Below, piece by piece: positions 56,001 through 64,000 of a stretch of 64,000 bases of DNA. The notes under the pieces are model-generated. The model did not search any database. It was not told the origin of the DNA and was given only the letters and a program-made list of their open reading frames with translations. The position numbers were made by a program, and so were the translations under genes. The stretch lies in IMG/VR virus record IMGVR_UViG_3300043414_000372, positions 165,852 to 229,851 of that record; one strand, written 5' to 3'. Every line of letters starts with the position of its first letter. Position 1 is the first letter of the stretch. The DNA is from a virus. Its lineage: Duplodnaviria; Caudoviricetes.

Positions 56001-56065
56001 ATAACTTTACAGTAACTAATAATGGTACTGCTACTTCAGCAACACTAGACCCATTCGTATTCTAA
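53036..56065 (+). CDS. Virion protein with four tandem LamG-like modules
   Basis: Same module repeated four times. Late box TATAAATA at 53024-31 supports the ATG at 53036 (MAIQISG) rather than 53015. Confidence 0.85.
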   Translation: MAIQISGSTLTTGINNTVQSPPYGSLSFNGINQSIVTSGTGSGANGTVLDITTGSPSWTVECWIYTSQLSRQDVPQIPLNKGNGQTLDIRVISGNNSYVTFGTNFLQVQFYSTTLGWIYMNSWPTTMSLNTWYHVAVCKDTTNGNRYYLYLNGVLVSSTPDIVNSAANNGQPFEFGMAIAETGSAQEYAFNGLLSNIRIVKGAALYVPPIASEPSLPLTSTQSLNLSGYNQAITGTQTSLLLTTPNNASYLTDTSSYAQTVTGVNTPTSSALGPSTYSGSILFNGTNQYLSIAAAAQFNYSTNDFTWEMWIYPTAATWTSGTFYLIDHGPQTVNQGLLHYSGNKLMYYNYYNAGNIPPYTAGVVYPSLYTIGGGTIPANTWTHVAVCRQNLVTNMFVNGQVVSSGPDPYNYATLSGAPSSNPIISPATQSVSIGARIDGALPFKGNISNVRIVNGVSVYNVGNFTPPVQPLPAVQAPNVIGSPSKAISSNQTSLLVSTPYTTSFLKDGSFNNVTLTQQTVGSFPPSTYTLTSNSTNPFNSNGSTFTPGSIFFNGSSQYLSVASSPTLALSTGDFTVECWVNWSSLTTSSIIDNQSSGGFCLYYDAGVYISNYLVVSNRIVNQLTYPWTPALNTWYHIAISRLGTNLRMFINGVLVTSTDSDTTDYQAGIYQIGADLGTGAGGWYLNGYLSNLRIIKGAAVYTQSFIPTSGPFTTSQTFNQSGIPSCPVQSSQTELLLTTPSNSSYLTDSSTNAFTVTNVGTATSNPFNPFSENYTILANPGSVQLNGSTQYLTVSNNTSLDMASGDFTVELWFNPSTTSGAIFTKRNSNINYSPIQLIWGSSQFTVYISTTGSSWAVSSVTTGSYLTGNWYHVALVRSSNLIYLYVNGVSSITPVAVSGSLMTNADSFVVGADAASGPGSVFNGYISNFRIVKGVAVYTSAFTPPAAPLNNSQVANQSGAPSAAVTVSQTSLLLNTAFGTNFTVDSSINNFTVTNNGTATSATLDPFVF

Positions 56066-56068
56066 ACT

Positions 56069-56815
56069 ATGACCGCAATAATAACAGATTTAACATTACC
56101 AACTGGAGTAACTGTATCAGGGAAAGCAATCTCCGGCAGTATATCCTTCAATGGTAGTAGTCAGTATTTGACGGTTCCTAGCAGTACTGCATTTAAATTT
56201 GGTACAGGCGATTTCACAGTTGAAGGATGGTTTTATTTCCCTACTGTACCTACTAATTGGGGATTGTGGCAATTAGCAAGTTCTAATTTTCCTGGAACTG
56301 CAGGGTTACATCTTTCTTATGACCAATATTGGCAAGTGGGATACGGATCGTCTAGTTTTGTAAATAATATAGGCTCTGCTAGTGCTGTAACTGCAGGTTC
56401 TTGGATTCATGTCGCATTAGTTAGAAATTCAAATGTTCTGACTCTATATGTCAATGGGGTTGGGTATGTTGTTGCTGCTAGTGATACAACCAATTATAAT
56501 TTTACCACTAATTTAGTAATAGGAGGATATTATTCTACATCATATTTAATGACAGGATATGTATCCAACTTACGAATCGTAAATGGTGTTGCAGTATACA
56601 CCAGCAACTTTACTGCCCCTACTGGTCCATTATCTATAATACAATCTAGTAATCAAAATGGAAGCCCCTCTGAGGCAATAAATCTAATAACCAGTACTAG
56701 TTTGATGCTGAATACAGTAAATAATTCAGATTATTTGACAGATAGTTCATCTTATAAAAATACTGTAACAGCAGTTTCTAGCCCAACTTCATCACAAATT
56801 AACCCATTTAATTAA
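56069..56815 (+). CDS. Single LamG-like module protein
   Basis: SISFNGSSQYL...FKFGTGDFTVEGWFY...WIHVALVRN...LYVNG...VIGG...GYVSNLRIVNGVAVYTSNFT.P. Confidence 0.82.
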   Translation: MTAIITDLTLPTGVTVSGKAISGSISFNGSSQYLTVPSSTAFKFGTGDFTVEGWFYFPTVPTNWGLWQLASSNFPGTAGLHLSYDQYWQVGYGSSSFVNNIGSASAVTAGSWIHVALVRNSNVLTLYVNGVGYVVAASDTTNYNFTTNLVIGGYYSTSYLMTGYVSNLRIVNGVAVYTSNFTAPTGPLSIIQSSNQNGSPSEAINLITSTSLMLNTVNNSDYLTDSSSYKNTVTAVSSPTSSQINPFN

Positions 56816-56859
56816 ATTTCATCCAAGCATAAATACATTATTAGATAATGGAATAATGT

Positions 56860-58449
56860 ATGGCAGCAGAATCATTTAACAGTTTGGGCGGAATAACCGT
56901 CGGTATACCACCTGTACCGGTTGTTTCTTCAGCAGGGACTGTTGTAGCAAATGTTAATAATGATTATGTACTAGCAAATACAGTTCTTACAGACAATCTA
57001 CGCTATGCTAATGGACAATCATATGTTCCAATTGGTGCTAATACTCAAGTAATTTTTAATAGCAATGGTGCATTTGGCTCTAGTAGCAATTTCACATTTA
57101 ACAGCACAACAAACTTTCTATCAATTCAAAATTTAAATGTATCAGGTGGAACATCACTTGGGGACGTAGCAAATGTCTCTATCTTGGGCGGATTGAACGG
57201 GTACTTTTTACAAACAGACGGCCTAGGTCAATTGACTTGGGCAGCAGGTGGTAATGGTGGCGGCGGGAACGGAAACCCCGGCGGGTCCAACACGCAAGTT
57301 CAATACAACAATGCAGGTGAGTTTGGAGGAGATCCGGGATTTATATACGATCAAACTACAAACATATTAAATGTTCAACAGGTTAACTCTAACTTTGTAG
57401 GTAATTTAACTGGTAGTGCTTCTAATGCAACAACCGCAGGGACGGTAACTGAAAGTACACAATCTAACATCATCGCAGTTGGTACTCTAGTAAACTTAGC
57501 CGTATCTGGTCCTGTTGAAGCAGGAAGTTTTATTGGAGACGCAGGAAATCTTTCAAATATACCAGCAGCAAATTTAGTTGGAAGCGTTCCGTTAACAGTA
57601 CATGTCAGCGCAAATGCTCAACCAAATATAACAAGTGTAGGTAATCTGCTTGCATTAGAAGTTGTAGCAACAGCCACAGCAGGTAATTTAAATTCAAGTA
57701 ATAGAATAAGTGGTGGTAATTTATTCATTACTGGTAATGTTAGTGTAGGTGGAAATATTTCTTTTGCGTCTGCTAACTCATTTGTGGCCAATGCAAATGT
57801 AATAACATTTAACAGTGCAAATGTAAATTTTGGTGATGCCGGTTATCTTCATATATTAGGTGGATTTAATGGTCAAGTGCTTGGAACCGATGGTCAAGGC
57901 AATCTGTCATGGATCAACGGCGGAGGTGGCGGTGGTGGTGGAACACCAGCCGGCGGAAACACAAGTATTCAATATAATAACGGTGGAATATTTGGTGGTA
58001 GTGCATTCTTTACATATAACAACACTAATCATTCAGTAACAATTAACGGACCATTAGCAGCAAATAGTGTACAGTTAGGTGCAGGCGCATTTAGTTTTAG
58101 TAAGAGTTTTGTTTATAGCGCACAAACAGCAAGCACTACTGCAAACCAACAAATTTGGGCTGTCCCAGCAGCAGATGTTTCTGCTGTAGACTTTATGATT
58201 ATCTCTACAGATGTTGTAGGGAATACACGATCAACACTTAAGATTTCATCTACTATCCTAAACGGGACAATAGATTACAACAAATACGCAGCGTTAGAAA
58301 TTAACGGAGGTATCGGTACTTTTACCGTCGATTATGACTCTGGCAATGTATTATTGCCACCGAGTTTGGTTCTTAGGGTCACTCCTAGGTCAGCAAATAC
58401 ATGCTATTATAGCATGATGATAACTCAATACAACGAATTATTTACATAA
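56860..58449 (+). CDS. Asn/Gly-rich tail fibre-like protein
   Basis: Repeated G.NTQ+QYNN.G.FGG...F.Y motifs and L.I.GG.NG..L.TDG.G.L.W motifs. Its C-terminal ~100-aa domain is shared with the next gene. Confidence 0.65.
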   Translation: MAAESFNSLGGITVGIPPVPVVSSAGTVVANVNNDYVLANTVLTDNLRYANGQSYVPIGANTQVIFNSNGAFGSSSNFTFNSTTNFLSIQNLNVSGGTSLGDVANVSILGGLNGYFLQTDGLGQLTWAAGGNGGGGNGNPGGSNTQVQYNNAGEFGGDPGFIYDQTTNILNVQQVNSNFVGNLTGSASNATTAGTVTESTQSNIIAVGTLVNLAVSGPVEAGSFIGDAGNLSNIPAANLVGSVPLTVHVSANAQPNITSVGNLLALEVVATATAGNLNSSNRISGGNLFITGNVSVGGNISFASANSFVANANVITFNSANVNFGDAGYLHILGGFNGQVLGTDGQGNLSWINGGGGGGGGTPAGGNTSIQYNNGGIFGGSAFFTYNNTNHSVTINGPLAANSVQLGAGAFSFSKSFVYSAQTASTTANQQIWAVPAADVSAVDFMIISTDVVGNTRSTLKISSTILNGTIDYNKYAALEINGGIGTFTVDYDSGNVLLPPSLVLRVTPRSANTCYYSMMITQYNELFT

Positions 58450-58481
58450 ATGATAAATAAAGTATATAAGGGGATTTTATA

Positions 58482-61400
58482 ATGGCAACATCAGGTACAC
58501 TACGTCCACTCAACTCGCTAGGCGGCTTTTCGGTAGGGGATAGCCCACAAGATACAGTCATATTAGCGAATGGTGATATAACCGCGCACAATATTAGTGC
58601 AAACGGCAATTTAAGTGCTAACTACGCTAACTTTAGTGGCAATCTAGCAATATCAAACACCAATGCAAATTGGGGTGTTTTAACAGATAATCTATATTAT
58701 AGTAATGGCGTTCCATGGGACATGTCGAATCCGGCTGGCTCAAACAACTACATTCAATATAACGATAATGGTAGTTTTGGTGCTAGTGCTAATTTCCAAT
58801 TCGATCCCGCTACTAGCATACTTGATGTTACTGGTACAGCAAATATTACAGGCAATGCTAAAGTAACTAATACCCTTACTGCTAATACTGCTAATATCAC
58901 TTTAGTATTGAATGGTAATGTTGGTAACTTCAGTGGCAATTTATCTGCTGCTAATGCTAATTTAGGTACTGGATTATTAATAGCAGGTAATGCAAATATT
59001 TCTGACACCATTAATGGTAACATTGCTAACTTCAGTGGTAACTTAACATCATTAAATGCTAACTTAGGTAACTTGGCAATTGCTAATTTTGTAAATGTAG
59101 CATCTAATATTCAAACTGCTAATTTGGGAATCACTGGTGTTGTAACTGGTAATTTCATCCCGGCAACAACTAACACATATACATTAGGTAATTCAACAAG
59201 TTCATGGAAAGATTTGTACTTGTCTGGTACAAGTATCTATCTTGGTGCTCAACAAATTACTTCAAATGCAGCAGGTATTAACTTAAGTAACAACGTTGTT
59301 GTTGCTAATACACTAACTGCTGCTAATATTGTTGATACAAATTTATCAAATACACAAATTGTTTTTGCTAATGGCACAAACACATTCGTTGGTAGTGCTA
59401 ACTTTGTATTTGATGCTACTGCAAGTACATTGTCTGTTGATAATGCAAATCTAATAGGAACATTAAATGGTAATGTTGCTAACTTCACTGGTAACTTAAC
59501 ATCATTAAATGCTAGTTTAGGTAATTTGGCAACTGCTAATTACGTAAATGTATCAGCTAATTTGGTAGTATCAGGTAATGCTAACTTTACTGGTGCAGCA
59601 AATGTATCACTAGGCGCAGTAGGTAATTTACACATCACTGGTGGCAGTAACGGTCAAGTTCTACAAACAGACGGTTCTGGCAACTTAACATGGTCTTCAA
59701 CTGCCAATATCAACGAAATAATGAATGGTACAAGTAATGTATACATTCCAACTGCTAATGGTAATATTACTATTACTGCTAATGGTTCACAAACATGGAC
59801 ATTTGGTACAGACGGCAAGTTAAGCACAGCAGGTGATATACAGGCTAATGGCACAGTTAATGCTAACGCTATAACAGCATCTACAAGTATCACTTCAAGT
59901 GGTAATATATATGCTAACACTGGTTATGTATATGCCAACTATGCAAACGTAACTACTGATTTATATGTTGGTGCAAACGCTAATATTGTTGACACTTTAA
60001 CTGCAAATGTTGCTAATATTACAACTATTAATGTTGCAAACATTGGTACTACTGGCAATATCACAGCAAACAATGTAACAGTTAACTCATTCCTAAGTGG
60101 CAATACTGCTAACTTTAGTGGTCAAGTTTATTTAAACAACAGTGCCAATGTTACAGGTAACTTAGGTGTTTCTGGTAATATTACTACAGGCGGTTCTGGT
60201 GGCAACATCACAATGTCTGGTGGCAACATTAATGGTGTTAACGCACTATTTGCTAATACTGCTAATATATCACTTCAACTTAATGGTGCTAATGCTAACT
60301 TTACAGGCAATGTAACTGCTGCTAATTTCATTGGTACTCTTGCTAATGGTACAAGTAATGTAGAAGTTGCATTAAACGGCAACGTTACAATTAATCCAGG
60401 CACATTTGGCGGTAATGCATATGTATTTGCTGACCATGTATTAGAAACTGCGGCAAACATTACTGCAACTGGCAATATTCAATCTAATGGTTCAATTATT
60501 GCTAATACGTTTGTTGCGTATGCAGATACTGGTGTATCAATTCAAGCAGGTCCAAATTCAGATCCGGCTAATATTAGTCTTGATGTTAGTCTTGTTCCAA
60601 GCGGCGGTGGTACAGTTGCTGTTTCTGGCGCAAGAATTACAAATCTTGCTGAACCAACAGGTGATCAAGATGCTGCAACGAAATACTATGTTGATCAAGT
60701 TGCACAAGGTCTAAACATACATGATTCAGCATTAGCTGCAACAACAAATACACTTACTATCTTGACCGGTGGTACAATCACTTATAATGATGGCCCAAAT
60801 CCTCTATCACCTGGTGTAGGTGCAAATCTTGTATTGAGTGGATCACCAACTGCAAACTTCTTGTCAGCAAACGTATTTGATGGAAATGTAACTGCTGTAG
60901 TATCTAGTCGTATTCTTGTTAAGAGCGAAACAAATCAAGCGTATAACGGTATTTACGTAGTTGATAGTGCAACTGTCTTAACACGTTCTGCTGACTTTAA
61001 TACTGTTCCAGAAATAGAACCAGGTGACTTCATATTTGTACAAGATGGTACTACATACAATGATAGTGGTTGGGTACAGACTGCTGTTGTAGTAACAGTT
61101 GGTACAAGTCCAATTATATTCACACAGTTCTCTGGTGCAGGTTCATACACAGCTAATACTGCTGCTGGTTTAGTATTAAACGGCTCAGTGTTCAGTGCTA
61201 AAGTCGATGGCAATGCTCACCCAACAACTGCGTTTGACGCACAGGGTAATATTTACATTCCAGCTAGCGCATGGTTGACTACACCAAATATTGGTGCAGC
61301 AACTGGTACAAGCGTTTCTCTAGAAACTTCATTAACTGCTAACTATGTTAATGCTAATGTTTCTTTCAATACACTTGGTGATATTAATGCTACTACAGGT

Positions 61401-62171
61401 AACATTACTGGTAACTATGTATTCGTTAACCAAGACTTAAGCGTAACTGGCAATATTGCTAATGCTAACAATATCTCTGTAACAAATAACATTACAGCAG
61501 GTAGTGCAAATGTAACATTAAACTTACAAGGTAATACTGCTAACTTCATTGGTAACTTAACTGCTGCTAATGCTAATTTAGGTACTGGCTTATTAATAGC
61601 AGGTAATGCTAATATTGCTACTACATTAAATGGTAATATCGCTAACTTCAGTGGTAACTTAACATCATTAAATGCTAATTTGGGTAACTTAGCAACTGCT
61701 AATTACGTAAACGTAGCAAATGATTTGAATGTTACTGGAACTTCTAATCTTGCTAATGTAAGTTTAACTGGTAACATTACTGCTAATAATATTACTTCAA
61801 ATAATAGAGTTTCTGCTACTAATATAAAAATTGGTAACTCATACATCTATTCTAATACAGTAACAACAACAAGCACAAGCCCTGCTACAATCTGTAGTTT
61901 CTTGATTGCAGGAACTGATGTTTACGGAGTTGAATACATTGTAAAGAGTTATGACGCTTCTGGTAAATACAGTATGGCAACGGTACAGGCTGTTACAAAT
62001 GGAGTTAATGTAGATTATGTAACATTTGCTACAGTTCGTTTAGGTACTACAACAGGCGCACTATCTGTTGATATCGGCGGAACAGTTGGACCAACTACTA
62101 GTATTGACTTAGTGGCTACCCCATCTACTAGTAATAGTACTGTTTGGACTACGCAATATAGGTTAATTTAA
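58482..62171 (+). CDS. Long Asn-rich tail fibre-like protein
   Basis: ANL/GNI beta-repeats. Central ITNLAEPTGDQDAATKYYVD...RILVK.ETN...NGIYVV...LTRSADF fibre module. Internal duplication of ~60 aa (about 58930-59100 vs 61550-61720). Confidence 0.7.
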   Translation: MATSGTLRPLNSLGGFSVGDSPQDTVILANGDITAHNISANGNLSANYANFSGNLAISNTNANWGVLTDNLYYSNGVPWDMSNPAGSNNYIQYNDNGSFGASANFQFDPATSILDVTGTANITGNAKVTNTLTANTANITLVLNGNVGNFSGNLSAANANLGTGLLIAGNANISDTINGNIANFSGNLTSLNANLGNLAIANFVNVASNIQTANLGITGVVTGNFIPATTNTYTLGNSTSSWKDLYLSGTSIYLGAQQITSNAAGINLSNNVVVANTLTAANIVDTNLSNTQIVFANGTNTFVGSANFVFDATASTLSVDNANLIGTLNGNVANFTGNLTSLNASLGNLATANYVNVSANLVVSGNANFTGAANVSLGAVGNLHITGGSNGQVLQTDGSGNLTWSSTANINEIMNGTSNVYIPTANGNITITANGSQTWTFGTDGKLSTAGDIQANGTVNANAITASTSITSSGNIYANTGYVYANYANVTTDLYVGANANIVDTLTANVANITTINVANIGTTGNITANNVTVNSFLSGNTANFSGQVYLNNSANVTGNLGVSGNITTGGSGGNITMSGGNINGVNALFANTANISLQLNGANANFTGNVTAANFIGTLANGTSNVEVALNGNVTINPGTFGGNAYVFADHVLETAANITATGNIQSNGSIIANTFVAYADTGVSIQAGPNSDPANISLDVSLVPSGGGTVAVSGARITNLAEPTGDQDAATKYYVDQVAQGLNIHDSALAATTNTLTILTGGTITYNDGPNPLSPGVGANLVLSGSPTANFLSANVFDGNVTAVVSSRILVKSETNQAYNGIYVVDSATVLTRSADFNTVPEIEPGDFIFVQDGTTYNDSGWVQTAVVVTVGTSPIIFTQFSGAGSYTANTAAGLVLNGSVFSAKVDGNAHPTTAFDAQGNIYIPASAWLTTPNIGAATGTSVSLETSLTANYVNANVSFNTLGDINATTGNITGNYVFVNQDLSVTGNIANANNISVTNNITAGSANVTLNLQGNTANFIGNLTAANANLGTGLLIAGNANIATTLNGNIANFSGNLTSLNANLGNLATANYVNVANDLNVTGTSNLANVSLTGNITANNITSNNRVSATNIKIGNSYIYSNTVTTTSTSPATICSFLIAGTDVYGVEYIVKSYDASGKYSMATVQAVTNGVNVDYVTFATVRLGTTTGALSVDIGGTVGPTTSIDLVATPSTSNSTVWTTQYRLI

Positions 62172-62228
62172 AAACATTACTCCAGATAGTCCTTATTGAT
62201 AAATATATTAATAAGGACTACAAAATAA

Positions 62229-64000
62229 ATGGCAACTCAAGCATTCAATGCATTGACTGGAGTTAGTGTTGGAAGCAACGCCAATCTGGTAATTGACGCT
62301 AATAGTAACGCAACACTTGCGAACGTTAGCGGCAATTATTATACCGGAAACGGCGCAACTTTCGCAGGAAATGTACATACTTCACTAATAAACACCGGAT
62401 TAGTTTCCGGTGCACTGGGTGCTGGATATGTCGCTAGTGTAGGTACCCATTCTGCATCAGTTGCATACGCATCTCAATATATATTTGGAACTAGCGACTT
62501 TACTATAGAGTTTTGGTTCAACCCAACTACACTCACCCCCGGTAGTTTTCTTGTCACCGGTCCTGCTATACAATATACATACAATCCTGATGGCACACTC
62601 GGAATATCTATAAGTAGCAACGGTGGTGTATGGAACATAACCGATCAAGGATTAAATTGTACTACTACAGTTGGAGTATGGAGTCACATTGCTTTAGTAC
62701 GTAATGGAACAAGTTTTAAATTATATAAAGACGGTGTACTTACTAGTTCAGCAACAAGTGCATTGGGGATATATAACCCAGCATCAACTATTACTCTTGT
62801 AAATGGTGTTGATGGTCGTCTTTCTAATTATCGTATAGTTATAGGCACAGCAGTCTATACAACTACCTTTGCCCCACCTAATAGTCCTCTTACTAGCACA
62901 CAAACAGCAAATCAAAACGGTAATCCAAGTAATGCTATTACTGGAACACAAACAAAATTATTAACATTTGAAAGTTCAAGTGTTATAGATATTTCATCAT
63001 ATGGTGCAAGCATTAATAATGCTAGTATTAATATGGTCTATCAAGACGTACCATTTGGTCAACCGCAGGGTACTTTAATATATGATGGTAATATATGGCA
63101 AGCATCACCCATCAATGTTACTGGCAATGTATATGCTACTCAATTTATTGGTGGAGGTAATCTACTATCTAATGTACTAACTGTAAGTCAATATACTACT
63201 GGAAATTTTTCAAATATTATCAATAACGTACATGGATTGAATTTTGATACTACAACTGGTTTTAGCGTAACAGATTTAGGCGGAGGAAATGCGTTAGTTT
63301 CTTTAGGCAGTTCATTCAAAACATGGGAAGTAGATGGACAGGCTAATCTAGTCGCAGTTGGTGAAGATGTAGTAAGATTCGTAGCCGGTGACGGCATGAT
63401 AATCACTACTAATGCTAGTGCTTACCCACAACAAATTGAATTCACTGCTAACTTTGGTGGACTTTCTACAAGTTCAATTAGTAATGGTAACAGTAATGTA
63501 AATATCGCAACCGCTAATGGTAACGTTACCATCAGTTCAGCAGGTAATGCTAATGTGGTTGTTGTTAGTGGAACCGGTGCCAAAGTATCAGGTAGTCTTA
63601 CAGTTGGTGCAGGTACAGGCGGTAATGTCACTGGTGCAAATGTAGTTAGTGCCAATACAGTTACTGCTAATCTAGTATATGGTAACTATCTACAAGGTGA
63701 CGGTTATTTAATTTCTAATATTACAGTTTCTGCAGGTAGTTCTATTGTCAACGGAACAAGCAATGTGCTTGTTACTCTTAACGGTAATGTAAACACAAGC
63801 GTAGCCGGAAATGCTAATGTATTAGTTGTTACTGGCACTGGTGCAAATGTGTTAGGTACATTTGATGCTACTGGTAATATAAGTGCTAACTTTTTTACTG
63901 GCAACGGCGTTAATGTTACTGGAAATGTCACTGGTTATAATGCTAATTTAGGTAATCTAGTAGCAGCCAATTACTTCAGCGGCGACGGCGGATTATTAAG
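62229..64000 (+). CDS. Tail fibre-like protein with one LamG module (3'-truncated by window edge)
   Basis: MATQAFNALTGVSVG...YIFGTSDFTIEFWFNP...WSHIALVRNG..FKLYKDG...LSNYRIVIGTAVYTTTFAPP. The frame is still open at 64000 (VAANYFSGDGGLL). Missing from the ORF track. Confidence 0.82.
   Translation, partial: MATQAFNALTGVSVGSNANLVIDANSNATLANVSGNYYTGNGATFAGNVHTSLINTGLVSGALGAGYVASVGTHSASVAYASQYIFGTSDFTIEFWFNPTTLTPGSFLVTGPAIQYTYNPDGTLGISISSNGGVWNITDQGLNCTTTVGVWSHIALVRNGTSFKLYKDGVLTSSATSALGIYNPASTITLVNGVDGRLSNYRIVIGTAVYTTTFAPPNSPLTSTQTANQNGNPSNAITGTQTKLLTFESSSVIDISSYGASINNASINMVYQDVPFGQPQGTLIYDGNIWQASPINVTGNVYATQFIGGGNLLSNVLTVSQYTTGNFSNIINNVHGLNFDTTTGFSVTDLGGGNALVSLGSSFKTWEVDGQANLVAVGEDVVRFVAGDGMIITTNASAYPQQIEFTANFGGLSTSSISNGNSNVNIATANGNVTISSAGNANVVVVSGTGAKVSGSLTVGAGTGGNVTGANVVSANTVTANLVYGNYLQGDGYLISNITVSAGSSIVNGTSNVLVTLNGNVNTSVAGNANVLVVTGTGANVLGTFDATGNISANFFTGNGVNVTGNVTGYNANLGNLVAANYFSGDGGLL

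Noticed and set aside
48868-64000. Diversity-generating retroelement targeting the lectin or fibre genes
   Set aside because: No reverse transcriptase in the window and no template/variable repeat pair differing only at adenines. The near-identical segments are short, in frame and differ at varied bases.
1-64000. Stop-codon reassignment, inteins or introns in core genes
   Set aside because: Genes are full length and contiguous under the standard code, with TAA and TGA used as stops. Portal, capsid, protease, gp46 and gp47 show no large insertions or intein splice motifs.

Overview
The window is a 64-kb piece of a large, AT-rich, T4-superfamily myovirus genome covering most of the morphogenesis region. 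No host can be assigned from the sequence. Left to right: (i) a minus-strand baseplate cluster with a giant (>5,470 aa) multidomain protein that runs off the left edge and is missing from the ORF track, then gp6, gp25, two unknown low-complexity proteins, gp5-like spike, hub, gp53-like and gp48/54-like genes; (ii) a plus-strand gp55 late sigma, gp47, inserted oxygenase-like gene, gp46 and Holliday-junction resolvase unit; (iii) a ~460-nt non-coding region rich in hairpins; (iv) a minus-strand gp26/gp51-like pair; (v) plus-strand tape measure, portal, scaffold/core, protease and major capsid genes; (vi) an HNH homing endonuclease and a sulfotransferase-like gene flanked by direct repeats; (vii) LamG/ConA lectin-array proteins and Asn/Gly-rich fibre proteins. 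The most notable signals are four. The 35.45-35.91 kb region looks like a plus-strand structured RNA. A canonical -1 slippery site appears to fuse gp26 to gp51 in the manner of lambda G/GT tail chaperones. A 51-bp duplicated late-promoter/small-RNA element brackets the sulfotransferase gene. The last ~35 codons of the capsid gene, next to the HNH gene, are synonymously recoded. All family assignments come from recognising motifs by eye plus synteny; no database search was run.
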